This document shows positions 1 through 9,899 of a DNA stretch of 64,000 nucleotides, in pieces (position 1 is the first letter of the stretch; each line of letters starts with the position of its first letter). The notes under the pieces are model-generated. The model was not told the origin of the DNA, searched no databases, and saw nothing but the letters and a program-made list of their open reading frames with translations. The translations under genes were made by a program, and so were the position numbers. The DNA lies in contig OY969779.1 in NCBI GenBank assembly GCA_963703015.1, positions 2,122,328 to 2,186,327 on the forward strand, in the 5' to 3' direction. The DNA is from an uncultured Methanobacteriaceae archaeon (GTDB lineage Archaea; Methanobacteriota; Methanobacteria; Methanobacteriales; Methanobacteriaceae).

Positions 1-167
1 GGAATAGATTCTGGTATGTAACCTTGTGGGTCGTCTATAAATTCTGGAAGATCATCTGGAAATTCATGCATACCCACAATTGAAGCAGCAAAACCCCTTT
101 TTGCAATGTTGTTAATGATCCTAAGACCATACTCCCCTGAACTTACGATATAAATTTTGATATCCAT
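1..167 (-). CDS. DUF166-like protein, N-terminal part (runs off the left edge)
   Basis: Hand translation from ATG at 167: MDIKIYIVSSGEYGLRIINNIAKRGFAASIVGMHEFPDDLPEFIDDPQGYIPESI. The LPEFIDDP motif resembles the archaeal DUF166 family as I recall it. Not in the ORF track because it is truncated. Confidence 0.55.
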   Translation of the reverse strand, partial: MDIKIYIVSSGEYGLRIINNIAKRGFAASIVGMHEFPDDLPEFIDDPQGYIPESI

Positions 168-347
168 TTTTATCAGACCAACCACAAAACCTTTTTTTTG
201 TATCCTTTTAAAGATTCATGAATAATATCAAATCATCTAATCCATTTTTTTGTATCTGGGATAATATAATGGTAGTTATCTAAAAAAAAAATAGTTGAAA
301 TTAATTTTATTTATTTAACAAATTATGGGATGAACTTTGTACTTGGA

Positions 348-1628
348 TCACTTGCCCATGGTTCGTTCAATCATCCTACTCATTGAATGGAGTATGATGC
401 CAGTAAATGCAATGAAGGTACCTGCAAGTGTGAGAAGTGCAGCTAAAGTGGTCGGTGCAAGGGAGCTTGTTTCATGATTCAAGTATGATCCAAAGAAGAT
501 CAAACCTGCAAACAAACCTATAATGATCATGGCGATCCCCGGAAATGTGAAGTAGTAAAGTGGTCTGTTAAACTCTATATCCTGGAGCACCTTGACCAGT
601 ACTCCAATACCATGGGTTAATGGATGTTTTTTTGAACCATTTACATCATACCTAACACCTATAGGTACTTCTTTTATTCTGAAACCTGCATTTGAGGCTT
701 CAATTATCATTTCACTCTCAATACCGTAACCTGATTCTCTAAATTTAAATGCGGGAATTGTGTAAGCAGCAAATGCTCTAAATCCACTTTGACTGTCTGT
801 TATATCACTTCGGGCATTGAAGTTGGTTGCAACATCAAGCACGTTTTGACCAACCCTTCTGTAGGCTGGTGTGTCTTCATCATCACCATTAAGGTATCTG
901 CTACCATTAACTATGTCTGCCTCTCCATTTAGGATGGGCTGTACTAATTTTGGTATGTCTGTAACACTGTGCTGACCATCAGCATCCAAGGTTATCAGGA
1001 TCTCAGAGCCTTTGGCAGCTTTAAATCCAGTTTCAAGTGCTTTACCCTTTCCTTGATTGGCATGGTGTTTTACTATCTCTGCACCTGCAAGCACTGCAAT
1101 TTCTTCTGTTCTATCATCACTACCATCATCTATAACAATGACTCTGTCCACGTACATCCGTGTCTTTAAAACCACACTTCCAATTGAAACCTGTTCGTTG
1201 TAGGCAGGAATTATGGCAGTTAGCTGTTGGGATATTTCTTCCTTTTTCTTCTGGGATGTGTACTTGTAAATTGCCATTTGTAGATTGGCATTAAGTTCAC
1301 TGGTTTTAATTGGTTTAATCATGTATGCATATGGCTCTGTTAATCTGGCCCTTCTTAAAATTTCCTCGTCGAAGTAGGCAGTTATGTATATAATGGGTGT
1401 GTCCATTTTTGTATGAATTAACTCAGCAGCTTCAATACCATCCATATCTCCCTGAAGAACGATATCCATGAGTATGATGTCAGGTTTTTTTTGAAGAGCC
1501 ATATTCACAGCTTCTTTACCTGTGACTGCAATTCCAACAACTTCAAATCCAAGCTGTTTCAGTTGTTTTTTAAGCCCAACTGCAACTACACCCTCATCGT
1601 CCACCACTAAAACTTTAATTTTGTCCAT
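348..1628 (-). CDS. Response-regulator receiver domain fused to a GT2 (DPM1-like) glycosyltransferase with C-terminal TM helices
   Basis: N-terminus has VLVVDDE...DIILMDI...IIYITA...KP (REC). It is followed by IIPAYNE, DDGS, N.GKG, DADGQH and GSR (GT2), then two hydrophobic helices. Confidence 0.85.
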   Translation of the reverse strand: MDKIKVLVVDDEGVVAVGLKKQLKQLGFEVVGIAVTGKEAVNMALQKKPDIILMDIVLQGDMDGIEAAELIHTKMDTPIIYITAYFDEEILRRARLTEPYAYMIKPIKTSELNANLQMAIYKYTSQKKKEEISQQLTAIIPAYNEQVSIGSVVLKTRMYVDRVIVIDDGSDDRTEEIAVLAGAEIVKHHANQGKGKALETGFKAAKGSEILITLDADGQHSVTDIPKLVQPILNGEADIVNGSRYLNGDDEDTPAYRRVGQNVLDVATNFNARSDITDSQSGFRAFAAYTIPAFKFRESGYGIESEMIIEASNAGFRIKEVPIGVRYDVNGSKKHPLTHGIGVLVKVLQDIEFNRPLYYFTFPGIAMIIIGLFAGLIFFGSYLNHETSSLAPTTLAALLTLAGTFIAFTGIILHSMSRMIERTMGK

Positions 1629-1883
1629 TAACTGTCCCCTAAACCCTTTAGATCAGATTAAACCTAATTTTATCTATTGTTAAATGATATAATAAAGTTA
1701 ATTAGTCTAAAAAAGCAGCCTGTTCTTTGCCACCAATCACCGTAATATTTAAACTCTTATTTATTATGTTATTTATTATATATAGATGCATCGGCCTTGT
1801 TTAGACTCTATCGTTAACTAGAATCCTTTATTATTACTTATTCTAAATAGAAGTAATAAAGATGGGAAATATTTAAACCCTGT

Positions 1884-3101
1884 TTAATTCGGGTTTAAAA
1901 AATCCAACTGATCCTTGATGATGTCTTTAATGGAGTAACTATACTTGGCCCCAATATCCCTTATTTTAGTGTTATCACAGAGACTTATGGGTACCTCGGA
2001 AGGTCTGAACCTGTCTAGATCAAACTCTATAGCAACCTTGCCATTATCTGTAAATACATAGATACCACCATCATGGGATGTGTACTCCAGATCTTCTTCA
2101 AGCAGTCCCGTGTCAACAGCAGTCTTTTCAAATTTAACACCAAAAACAGGGTCGGTGTTTGTAGCTGTAGGATCCTTCATCACCTTTTCGCCCTTGAATG
2201 TTTCAATTTTTTCGATGTTGTAACCTTTAGTTTCAAGACTCAAGAGTATATAACTCAACACACTGTTGGTTCGCATTGCACCCTGGTTGTAAACATCTCC
2301 TGACACACCATGGGATCCAAGCTGCATGTAACCTAAAACCACATCCTTAACATGTGACCAGTCCTTAAGTGCATTCACATTACCTATCTTAATAGAACCT
2401 GTTTTTCCAGATTTCAGCTGGGCTACCTGTTCAGTTACAACTGCAGTGACGAACATGGAACCCCTTCCAGCACCCTCATGATTGAACGCCCTGGAAACAA
2501 TTGTATCCATACCAAAGGAGTTATGATAATTTCTCATCATATATTCACAGTACACCTTGGATGTTGCATAGGGTGACATGGGTCTCAATGGATTGGACTC
2601 TTTAATTGGAAGTTCCGGTATGGAAACAGGTTCTGGAAAAACAACCCCATACTTCGATTTAAGTTTTTCATACTGTTCCTCTGAACTTATAACCAGACCA
2701 TATTCATCACTCGAACCTGCAAACACAATTTTAGGATTTAAATCCTTGATACGAATAGCTTCAAGCAGATTAGCAGTTCCTGTGGTATTGATCTCATGGG
2801 TCTTTAGAGGATCTTTGAAGGATGCAGGTATGAATGACTGGGCAGCTAGATGAAAAACAAAATCTGGTTGTGAACTGTCCAAGGCACTTGCAAGGGATGT
2901 AATATCTGTTAGATCACCTTCAATAATTTTTAGATCCTCTTCTATACCCTGATTTACTAAGTTTTGAGAGTACAATCCTTGGGTTCCCCTTTGGATGAGT
3001 CCATATACATTGGCACTATTTTTTATGAGTTCATCTGCAAGGTAGGATCCAACAAATCCATCAGCTCCTGTAATCAGTATATTCTTATCTTTCCAATCCA
3101 T
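1884..3101 (-). CDS. gmd: GDP-mannose 4,6-dehydratase-like NDP-sugar dehydratase
   Basis: Motifs ITGADGFVG, HLAAQS, GSSDEYG, SPYATSK, RAFNHEG, DWSHVKD and DRFRPSEV. Start moved to ATG 3101 (MDWKDK), which has a GGTGA RBS; the ORF track starts at 3137. Confidence 0.8.
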   Translation of the reverse strand: MDWKDKNILITGADGFVGSYLADELIKNSANVYGLIQRGTQGLYSQNLVNQGIEEDLKIIEGDLTDITSLASALDSSQPDFVFHLAAQSFIPASFKDPLKTHEINTTGTANLLEAIRIKDLNPKIVFAGSSDEYGLVISSEEQYEKLKSKYGVVFPEPVSIPELPIKESNPLRPMSPYATSKVYCEYMMRNYHNSFGMDTIVSRAFNHEGAGRGSMFVTAVVTEQVAQLKSGKTGSIKIGNVNALKDWSHVKDVVLGYMQLGSHGVSGDVYNQGAMRTNSVLSYILLSLETKGYNIEKIETFKGEKVMKDPTATNTDPVFGVKFEKTAVDTGLLEEDLEYTSHDGGIYVFTDNGKVAIEFDLDRFRPSEVPISLCDNTKIRDIGAKYSYSIKDIIKDQLDFLNPN

Positions 3102-3290
3102 TAAATCACCAGTTCTCTTATTTAGGTTCGTCATCAACCAGTTTAAACATTTGTTTTATTAAAATCAAGCTGAATAGTAAAAATCTATGGTTAAATATAT
3201 ATCTTCATAATTTAATAGAGTTTTAAAGTGTTTATAACTTTCACAATAAAATCTTTTTTATATAAAATTATGTAGGGGAAGTAAAATAAA

Positions 3291-4625
3291 ATGGTTCAAG
3301 ATGATGTTCAAGATTACCTAGAACAGGGATCTAAATTCTATGAACTGGGTAGTCTTAAACAGGCAATGACCTATTACCAAAAGGCTTTGGACTATCTTAA
3401 ATATACAGAAGATAAAAAGACCGAAGCAGACACCCTCCTTGAAATTGGTAACATCTACATAGAACAGGATGATATAAAAAACGCCCAGAACTACTACGAA
3501 AAATCTTTAAACACCTACAAAATTGCAGAAGACTCCATTGGAGAAGGTTACGCCTTAACTGGTATCGGACTCATACACGAAAAACAGCAAAGATATGCAG
3601 ATGCAAGAAACAACTACTTAGAAGCATCAGCACATTTTGAATCCAGATCAGATCGAGAGAGAAAGGCCGCGGTAATATCACTTATTGCAGGAACTTACGA
3701 AGCACAAGGTGCATGGGAAGATGCCATAATGGAGTACAGAAGATCAGCATCTGTCTACCGCAAAGTAGGAAACACTGCTCAAGAGAAAACCATCAACGAA
3801 AAGATCGAAAACCTCTCGATTGAAAGGGGTAAACAGAAAACATCTAGAAACGAAAAGATCATGGCGGTGGCCTATGTTTTTGCATTGATACTTGCAGAAG
3901 TCACTGTGACCTATATAAACAAAGAAACAGGGCTAGTTATTGAGGCATTAATTCTATTGGCCCTACTTGTTAACTCATCATTTAATGTATCCTACAACTA
4001 TGGGGTGATGCTCAGATCCATGATGGCACTGCCAATGATAAGAATCATAGGGCTTTCAATACCACTCATGCAGATCCAACCACTATATTGGTTCCCAATC
4101 ATTGCGGTACCCCTATTTGCAGCGGCCTACACTATAATGAAAAATCAGGGCCTGACAAGACAGCACATAGGACTCATATGGGGAAATAAGAAGGTACAAT
4201 TTTTAATTGCATTGACCGGAATATTTTTAGGAACCATTGAGTACATCATACTCCAACCCAAACCACTCATAGCAGTTTTAGATCCTATAAATCTAATCAC
4301 AGCATCCATCATACTCATTATTTCAACTGGACTTGCTGAAGAATTACTCTTCAGGGGTATCATACAAAAGAATGCTGAAAATGTGTTTGGTATCTTTCTG
4401 GGATTACTCTACACTTCCATACTTTTCACAGCCCTTCACATAGGTTGGAATAACCTTTACGATTTAATATTCGTTTTCTCAGTGGCAATGTTCTATGGAT
4501 ATGCTTTCCAAAAAACCAGAAGCATTGTTGGTGTGACACTTTCCCACGGAATATCCAACTCATTCCTCTTTCTCATAGTTCCATTCTACGCTCCACTACT
4601 ATTCCACTACATTCCAATGATCTGA
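3291..4625 (+). CDS. TPR-repeat domain fused to a CPBP/Abi (CAAX type II) intramembrane protease
   Basis: The N-terminal ~175 aa are TPR-like helices (ALDY..., IGNIY, IGLIH). The C-terminus is multi-TM with AEELLFRG, FTALH and HGISN. Confidence 0.85.
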   Translation: MVQDDVQDYLEQGSKFYELGSLKQAMTYYQKALDYLKYTEDKKTEADTLLEIGNIYIEQDDIKNAQNYYEKSLNTYKIAEDSIGEGYALTGIGLIHEKQQRYADARNNYLEASAHFESRSDRERKAAVISLIAGTYEAQGAWEDAIMEYRRSASVYRKVGNTAQEKTINEKIENLSIERGKQKTSRNEKIMAVAYVFALILAEVTVTYINKETGLVIEALILLALLVNSSFNVSYNYGVMLRSMMALPMIRIIGLSIPLMQIQPLYWFPIIAVPLFAAAYTIMKNQGLTRQHIGLIWGNKKVQFLIALTGIFLGTIEYIILQPKPLIAVLDPINLITASIILIISTGLAEELLFRGIIQKNAENVFGIFLGLLYTSILFTALHIGWNNLYDLIFVFSVAMFYGYAFQKTRSIVGVTLSHGISNSFLFLIVPFYAPLLFHYIPMI

Positions 4626-4770
4626 GTGTTGGAACAACTGAGGGATGGCTATAGGGATTTGAATAGATTTACAAAAAAAATAACATTAAACTCAAATCTA
4701 ACTAATATTTCTATAAAGATATATACCCATACTAGAAATAACCTTTTTTTTCAATAAAAAAATTTAATTT

Positions 4771-5385
4771 TTAAAGGTAATATGTCTTGTTTATCTGTGT
4801 TTTGTTTGTGGAGTTTACATTCCACCATAGATAACTGGATTCAACAGCTATACGAGTGCCTTGTGGCAAGAATCTATAAGTACCTTCAAAATCTGTCATG
4901 GGTCCGTTTATCTTGAAGTATCCAATGAAATCTGTTCCATTATTTGTGAAGTTACTGTAACCTGTCCATGCAGCACACTTCATATCAAAATGACCTGTAA
5001 CAGGGGTCTGGAACATGGCAGATTTAAAGTCCTTATTAACAAGATCCTTAATGGTATTTGGTGTTACATTAATGGAGTCAACAGTCCCATTTCCTGTTAG
5101 ACCACTACTTGTATAACAGAGAGGATCTTCATATTGATCTGCTCCCTTCATATCCACATTGAAGTTGAAGTGCTCCCCTTTACCATAAACATTGTAGGTG
5201 CCTCCAAGCGATCCTCCATTATGAGTGTCGTTGGGTATGGATGCGTATCCTGTGTAATTGTAGTTCATATAATTAAAGGCGTAGCTCATGAGACTGTCCC
5301 TTGTGACATATGCAGTAGCTGATCCTATGACTATGATTAGGAGTATTATTATGCCTATTTTGGATTTGTTGTTCACTGGAATCAC
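4771..5385 (-). CDS. Membrane-anchored or secreted hypothetical protein
   Basis: 204 aa ORF: basic N-terminus, one hydrophobic helix, then an N/T/G-rich beta-type domain with many N-x-S/T sequons. Confidence 0.65.
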   Translation of the reverse strand: MIPVNNKSKIGIIILLIIVIGSATAYVTRDSLMSYAFNYMNYNYTGYASIPNDTHNGGSLGGTYNVYGKGEHFNFNVDMKGADQYEDPLCYTSSGLTGNGTVDSINVTPNTIKDLVNKDFKSAMFQTPVTGHFDMKCAAWTGYSNFTNNGTDFIGYFKINGPMTDFEGTYRFLPQGTRIAVESSYLWWNVNSTNKTQINKTYYL

Positions 5386-5436
5386 TCAATTTGTTTTACG
5401 AACTAAAAATAAAAAAAGAAAAAATTTTGTTTTGCA

Positions 5437-6081
5437 TTATTGTGCAACTATGTTACACAGTGTTGCGGGTGTTACAAATACCATGGTAACTTTACCATTT
5501 CCATCAACTGTAAACACTTCTTCTTCAAATACAGGTTCTAATGAAGATCCGTTCCCTGATATGGTTGCAGGGTTTGTGTTTATTAAAATTGTGCTGTCTG
5601 TTATGTTTGCTGGTAACTGGTTAACTGGTAAATTCTGTACTGTTACGTTGTATTTGAGGTCATCATTTTGTGGTTGTAGGTTTTTGGACCATCCCTGCAT
5701 GACAAGATTCATGGCACTGCTTTTTGAAGCTAAAGTCTGGTTAAATAAACCTTTCCAGGCTAAAACTCTGATTGTGGTTCCTGCTGGTAATGGATCATTA
5801 CCATAACCTGCTAAACCACTCAGGTCCATTGTTACATTGCCATTTGGTTTGATGTAGCCATCAACGTAGAAATTTTGTACAGTACCATTTTTCAGTGTCA
5901 TATTTTCAAGGACTGCATCGAAATGGAACCAAGTTGTACCGTTGTTAATGAAAGCTAATTTGGTTGATGATTGATTTACAGTGGAGTTGGATTTGCTTGT
6001 ACATCCGCTTACAGCAACTGCTATGAGTACTAATATGACCAAAAGAATTATTGCATTTTTACTGTTTTTCATTATATACAA
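5437..6081 (-). CDS. Putative lipoprotein
   Basis: Signal peptide ending in the lipobox-like AVSGC, followed by an N/T-rich domain. The true start may be MKNSKN. Confidence 0.7.
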   Translation of the reverse strand: MYIMKNSKNAIILLVILVLIAVAVSGCTSKSNSTVNQSSTKLAFINNGTTWFHFDAVLENMTLKNGTVQNFYVDGYIKPNGNVTMDLSGLAGYGNDPLPAGTTIRVLAWKGLFNQTLASKSSAMNLVMQGWSKNLQPQNDDLKYNVTVQNLPVNQLPANITDSTILINTNPATISGNGSSLEPVFEEEVFTVDGNGKVTMVFVTPATLCNIVAQ

Positions 6082-6085
6082 GCCC

Positions 6086-6319
6086 CTAAAGTACTGTTAC
6101 CACCTTATATGCCACAATTGCTACAAATACGAGTAGTAATGGTACGATGGCAATATTAGATCCCTTAACAAAAGATTTGAATGTTGTATTCTCAGTTTCA
6201 GAACTTAATATCTCTTTAAGTGCCAGTAAACCTATTAATGCAATTACTGCAATAATACTGTAAGCCATAACCTCAGTAGTAGTTGACGTAGTAGTGGTTG
6301 CGGTTACTGTAGATATCAT
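6086..6319 (-). CDS. Small membrane protein with a Thr-rich N-terminus and two TM helices
   Basis: MISTVTATTTTSTTTEVMAY followed by two hydrophobic helices. Its start is preceded by an AT-rich promoter-like region and its stop lies 4 nt before the next gene. Confidence 0.7.
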   Translation of the reverse strand: MISTVTATTTTSTTTEVMAYSIIAVIALIGLLALKEILSSETENTTFKSFVKGSNIAIVPLLLVFVAIVAYKVVTVL

Positions 6320-6551
6320 GTTATTATGATCTAACTATTATGTTATATATGATTTTCTATATCTGGCCGTAAAAATTTGTATTTTTCAATATGAAGTTAT
6401 TTTTTTGGATAGTTTTTTAAATCATTTGAAACCAATACTCTGTTTTCTTCACATCTAACAAAAAAAGTTATAAACTCATTTTCTAGCATTTTCCATGTTC
6501 AGGTTTCCATGTTAAATTTATAATTTTTACATGAGTTCGGATGAATCTTTA

Positions 6552-7985
6552 TCATGTCATATTCACGTACAAATGTAGTGACCTGTAAACATTGGTTGTA
6601 TCTGGCAACTTATAGAGTAAGAACTGGATATTCTTGTAACCTGCTGAACTTGCAGTGAAACTGTAGGGTATTTGGGTTTGATTACCACTTGTTAGGGTTA
6701 TGTTCTGCTGACTCATCACAGTACCATTGGAACTTACTACCAATTCATAGTTAGTTGTCTGATACTCGTGGTTTACAACACCAATTATTACAGAACCATT
6801 TTGGCCAATTGTCAAGTTGGTTGGATAATTACTGGCATTACCATTGGGTCCTAAAATATAAAATTCTGTGAATGTTTCTCCTTGTTTGGGTTTTAAGACT
6901 ATGTAAACCGTTGTGGATATGGCCAATAAAACGGTTATAATTAATATGACTGAAAGAATTTTACTTGTTCTTGATTCACCTTTAAATTGTTCCTTAATTG
7001 AACTACCAAAACCACCAAAATTCACATAGAACTTTTCACCCTCAGGAACTCTTCTACGTCTGATAAACGCTATTAATAACATTATCAAAGTGAATGCTGA
7101 AAGAGATATAAGTATGGGGGTTAAACGAATTCCCCACGGGGTGTAGTTTAAAATTAATCCAATTAATGGTGTTACCGCAATGCTTAGACCAAAACTCAAT
7201 GCTAAACGTTCAATACCCTCCAAATCATCTTTTTTCGGAAACAACGCAGCAATTAACGAATATCCTGGTATAAATAATATGAGTAAAAGTCCAAGAATGG
7301 TTCTTACAGATGTATCATTCAACTTTGGGGTAACAATGAAAACAATTGTGAGGACAGTTGCTAATAATATTAACAATAAATCCTTTGAAACAAATTTAGG
7401 ATAAATATTTTTCGTTTTTTCTGTTTCCAAATCTGATTTTGGTTTATTTTTTTCTGAATTTTCTTTCCCTCTGTTTTTAGTTATAAACTGATCTTTGTTG
7501 CTATGTTCCTTAGATTCACCATATAACTCGGGTTTGATTGTATTTTTAACTTCATTCACTCTCGAATATACATATTTATTTTCATCACGGACTCTTCTCC
7601 TTCGAATAAGGGCAATGATTGTAAGAGTAATTGTAATCAATCCTAATAATTCTAAAATTAAGTTCAAATTGCTTTTTAGGAAATAATAATAAGTGTTCGG
7701 TATGAAATTTGATAAAACAAATACAATAGCAATACCTATCAATGGAAATCCAAAACTTAACGCTAACCTTTCAAAGAGATCTAGATCATTTTTTCGAGGA
7801 TATAAAACTGCAACCAATGAATATCCTGAAAGGAAAAGAATGAGTAAAATCAGTAGTACCGTCCTCAATGCATAATTCAATAAATTTGGGTATAAAATAG
7901 CCACAAATGCTGTCAATGTCATGATTAATATAATGACCAAATCTAAACTTTGAAACTTCATTTTCATTACAGAACACCATTTCAA
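6552..7985 (-). CDS. DUF1616-family membrane protein with a duplicated N-terminal TM module
   Basis: Two copies of GYSL.A.L.P.K.DL...ERLALSFG...IRRRRV, then FTEFYILG...A..YP and a soluble C-terminal domain. The start is probably a downstream ATG. Confidence 0.8.
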   Translation of the reverse strand: MKWCSVMKMKFQSLDLVIILIMTLTAFVAILYPNLLNYALRTVLLILLILFLSGYSLVAVLYPRKNDLDLFERLALSFGFPLIGIAIVFVLSNFIPNTYYYFLKSNLNLILELLGLITITLTIIALIRRRRVRDENKYVYSRVNEVKNTIKPELYGESKEHSNKDQFITKNRGKENSEKNKPKSDLETEKTKNIYPKFVSKDLLLILLATVLTIVFIVTPKLNDTSVRTILGLLLILFIPGYSLIAALFPKKDDLEGIERLALSFGLSIAVTPLIGLILNYTPWGIRLTPILISLSAFTLIMLLIAFIRRRRVPEGEKFYVNFGGFGSSIKEQFKGESRTSKILSVILIITVLLAISTTVYIVLKPKQGETFTEFYILGPNGNASNYPTNLTIGQNGSVIIGVVNHEYQTTNYELVVSSNGTVMSQQNITLTSGNQTQIPYSFTASSAGYKNIQFLLYKLPDTTNVYRSLHLYVNMT

Positions 7986-8213
7986 CTATCTATAATAATC
8001 AATAAATTCGAAAATACAATTAAGACTTCTTTTCATTCCAATACTTAATTATTATTCTCTAAAAGATATACTTAAATTTAATCAATGGTATTAGTTAGTT
8101 TACTAAACTTTCAAATAAATTACTTTATTTACAAACTAAATGAAACTGTCTATGGTATAAATTTAGCGTTATTTCTTTGGAAAGTTTTTAAATAAACTCA
8201 AAATTTTTAAATA

Positions 8214-9140
8214 TTGAAAATTTATATTATTAACATGGGCTTTGATCATCGTGAAGATTTAAAGTATAACTATGAGGCGTTTGGGCTAAAAATTTCGTCT
8301 GAAATATATTTACCTGAATTATTACCTGTTCAGAAAACTAAATCTGATATCTCAATACATATTGGTGCAGTGGAACTTCCACTTATATCAATCCATGAGG
8401 GTATAAGCTTTAAAATAACAGAAAACGAAATTTATAGATTTTGGGATCATATTGGGAAATTCAAAATTACCGCGTATAGCATCTTGGTAGAACCTAATCT
8501 TTCTGTAGATCAAAATGTCCTTAAAAACTTTATATTGGGAACAGTATTTGCTACATTATTACGTTTAAGAGGAAATTTTGTGTTACATTCAAGTTGTGTA
8601 AATATCAATAATGCTGCGGTAGCGTTTTCTGGTTTTAAAGGTTATGGCAAATCTACTACAGCTATGGCTTTTTATTTAAGAGGATTTCCTTTAGTTGCTG
8701 ATGATTACATTGCAATAGAGTTTGATAAACACAACAACCCTCTTGTAATGCCGGGATTTCCTAGTTTAAGACTTTCATCAGATTCTAAACAAAATTTAGG
8801 TTTGTCATTAGATGATCATTTGGAAATGGAATTTTTGGAGAAACAATATGTATCAGCAAAAAAAAAATTTTCAAACAGAAAAATACCATTAAATAAAATA
8901 TATATCCTTGATAGGAAAGAAAAGCTGAATATAACTAAATTAAATCCACACGAATCATTCATAGAACTTGTTAAAAACACTTTTGGAATTTATACATTTT
9001 CTAAATCAGAACTTGCTGAAAACTTTTTTCAATGTGAAAACATTGTCAAAACAGTGAAAATTTCCAAGTTAGAAATTCCAGATTGTATTGAAAAAGTTCC
9101 AGAAACAATTCAAAGGATAAATAATGATATTACAAACTGA
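8214..9140 (+). CDS. HPr-kinase-like P-loop kinase (lasso-peptide-associated tailoring kinase)
   Basis: Motifs LHSSCV, Walker A GFKGYGKST and LVADD. It sits directly upstream of the PqqD and B2 genes. ATG 8235 is an alternative start. Confidence 0.8.
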   Translation: MKIYIINMGFDHREDLKYNYEAFGLKISSEIYLPELLPVQKTKSDISIHIGAVELPLISIHEGISFKITENEIYRFWDHIGKFKITAYSILVEPNLSVDQNVLKNFILGTVFATLLRLRGNFVLHSSCVNINNAAVAFSGFKGYGKSTTAMAFYLRGFPLVADDYIAIEFDKHNNPLVMPGFPSLRLSSDSKQNLGLSLDDHLEMEFLEKQYVSAKKKFSNRKIPLNKIYILDRKEKLNITKLNPHESFIELVKNTFGIYTFSKSELAENFFQCENIVKTVKISKLEIPDCIEKVPETIQRINNDITN

Positions 9141-9204
9141 TAAAATTATTCCACAAAAATTTGTAAATTCAAAAATATTTCTATAAATTATTTTTTCTAC
9201 TAGG

Positions 9205-9495
9205 GTGGTTATAATGAATGTGATTTCAGACAATACAATGGTTATGTTAAATGAAAATGTTGTTTCATGTGAACTTGATGGGGAAGTAGCAATATTAAAT
9301 ATGAATAATGGTGTTTACTATGGATTGAATCCAATAGGGGCCGTAATATGGGAATTAATAGAAAATTCTGTGAATGTAGCTCAAATCATAGCATTGGTAC
9401 TAACGGAGTATGATGTTGAAAAGGATCTTTGTCGTAGGGATATTTTTGAACTACTTGAAGAACTTTTAAAGAATGGATTGGTAAAGATCAAATGA
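9205..9495 (+). CDS. PqqD-family RiPP recognition element (lasso B1-type)
   Basis: 96 aa with ELDGEVAILN....YYGLNPIGAVIWELI...EYDV....C..D...LL..L...GLV. Overlaps the B2 start (ATGA). Confidence 0.9.
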   Translation: MVIMNVISDNTMVMLNENVVSCELDGEVAILNMNNGVYYGLNPIGAVIWELIENSVNVAQIIALVLTEYDVEKDLCRRDIFELLEELLKNGLVKIK

Positions 9496-9899
9496 CTTAC
9501 ATTCGAAATTTCTTTTATCTGAATAGTTCAGATAAACATTTGATATTAAAAACTTTTACCTACAGCTACATCATTCGAATATTAATGTGGTTTCTCCCCT
9601 TTCGATATATTCTAAAAATATCTGAATACATGGGACAAAAGAAAAAAATTAGCTCGGTAGTGAATATCAAAAAGATAATATGGGCTATAAACTGCACTGA
9701 TAATTTTGTATTAAAATCTACTTGTCTTACTAAAGCAATAACTGCTCAAATATTATTAAATCAAAATGATTATTTATCTATCGTGAAGATTGGAGTTTCT
9801 AAAAATACAAAATTTGAAGCTCATGCATGGGTTGAAGTTGATGGCCAAGTTGTATTGGGAAATTCAAAAAAGCAATTTGTATCTATAGTAGATTTATAA
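9492..9899 (+). CDS. Lasso peptide B2 leader peptidase (transglutaminase-like)
   Basis: 135 aa with the catalytic-type motifs STCLTKA and KIGV...FEAHAWVEVDGQVVLG. Translationally coupled to the PqqD gene. Confidence 0.88.
   Translation: MTYIRNFFYLNSSDKHLILKTFTYSYIIRILMWFLPFRYILKISEYMGQKKKISSVVNIKKIIWAINCTDNFVLKSTCLTKAITAQILLNQNDYLSIVKIGVSKNTKFEAHAWVEVDGQVVLGNSKKQFVSIVDL

Noticed and set aside
5288-5806. 172-aa plus-strand ORF
   Set aside because: Antisense overlap of two better-supported minus-strand genes.
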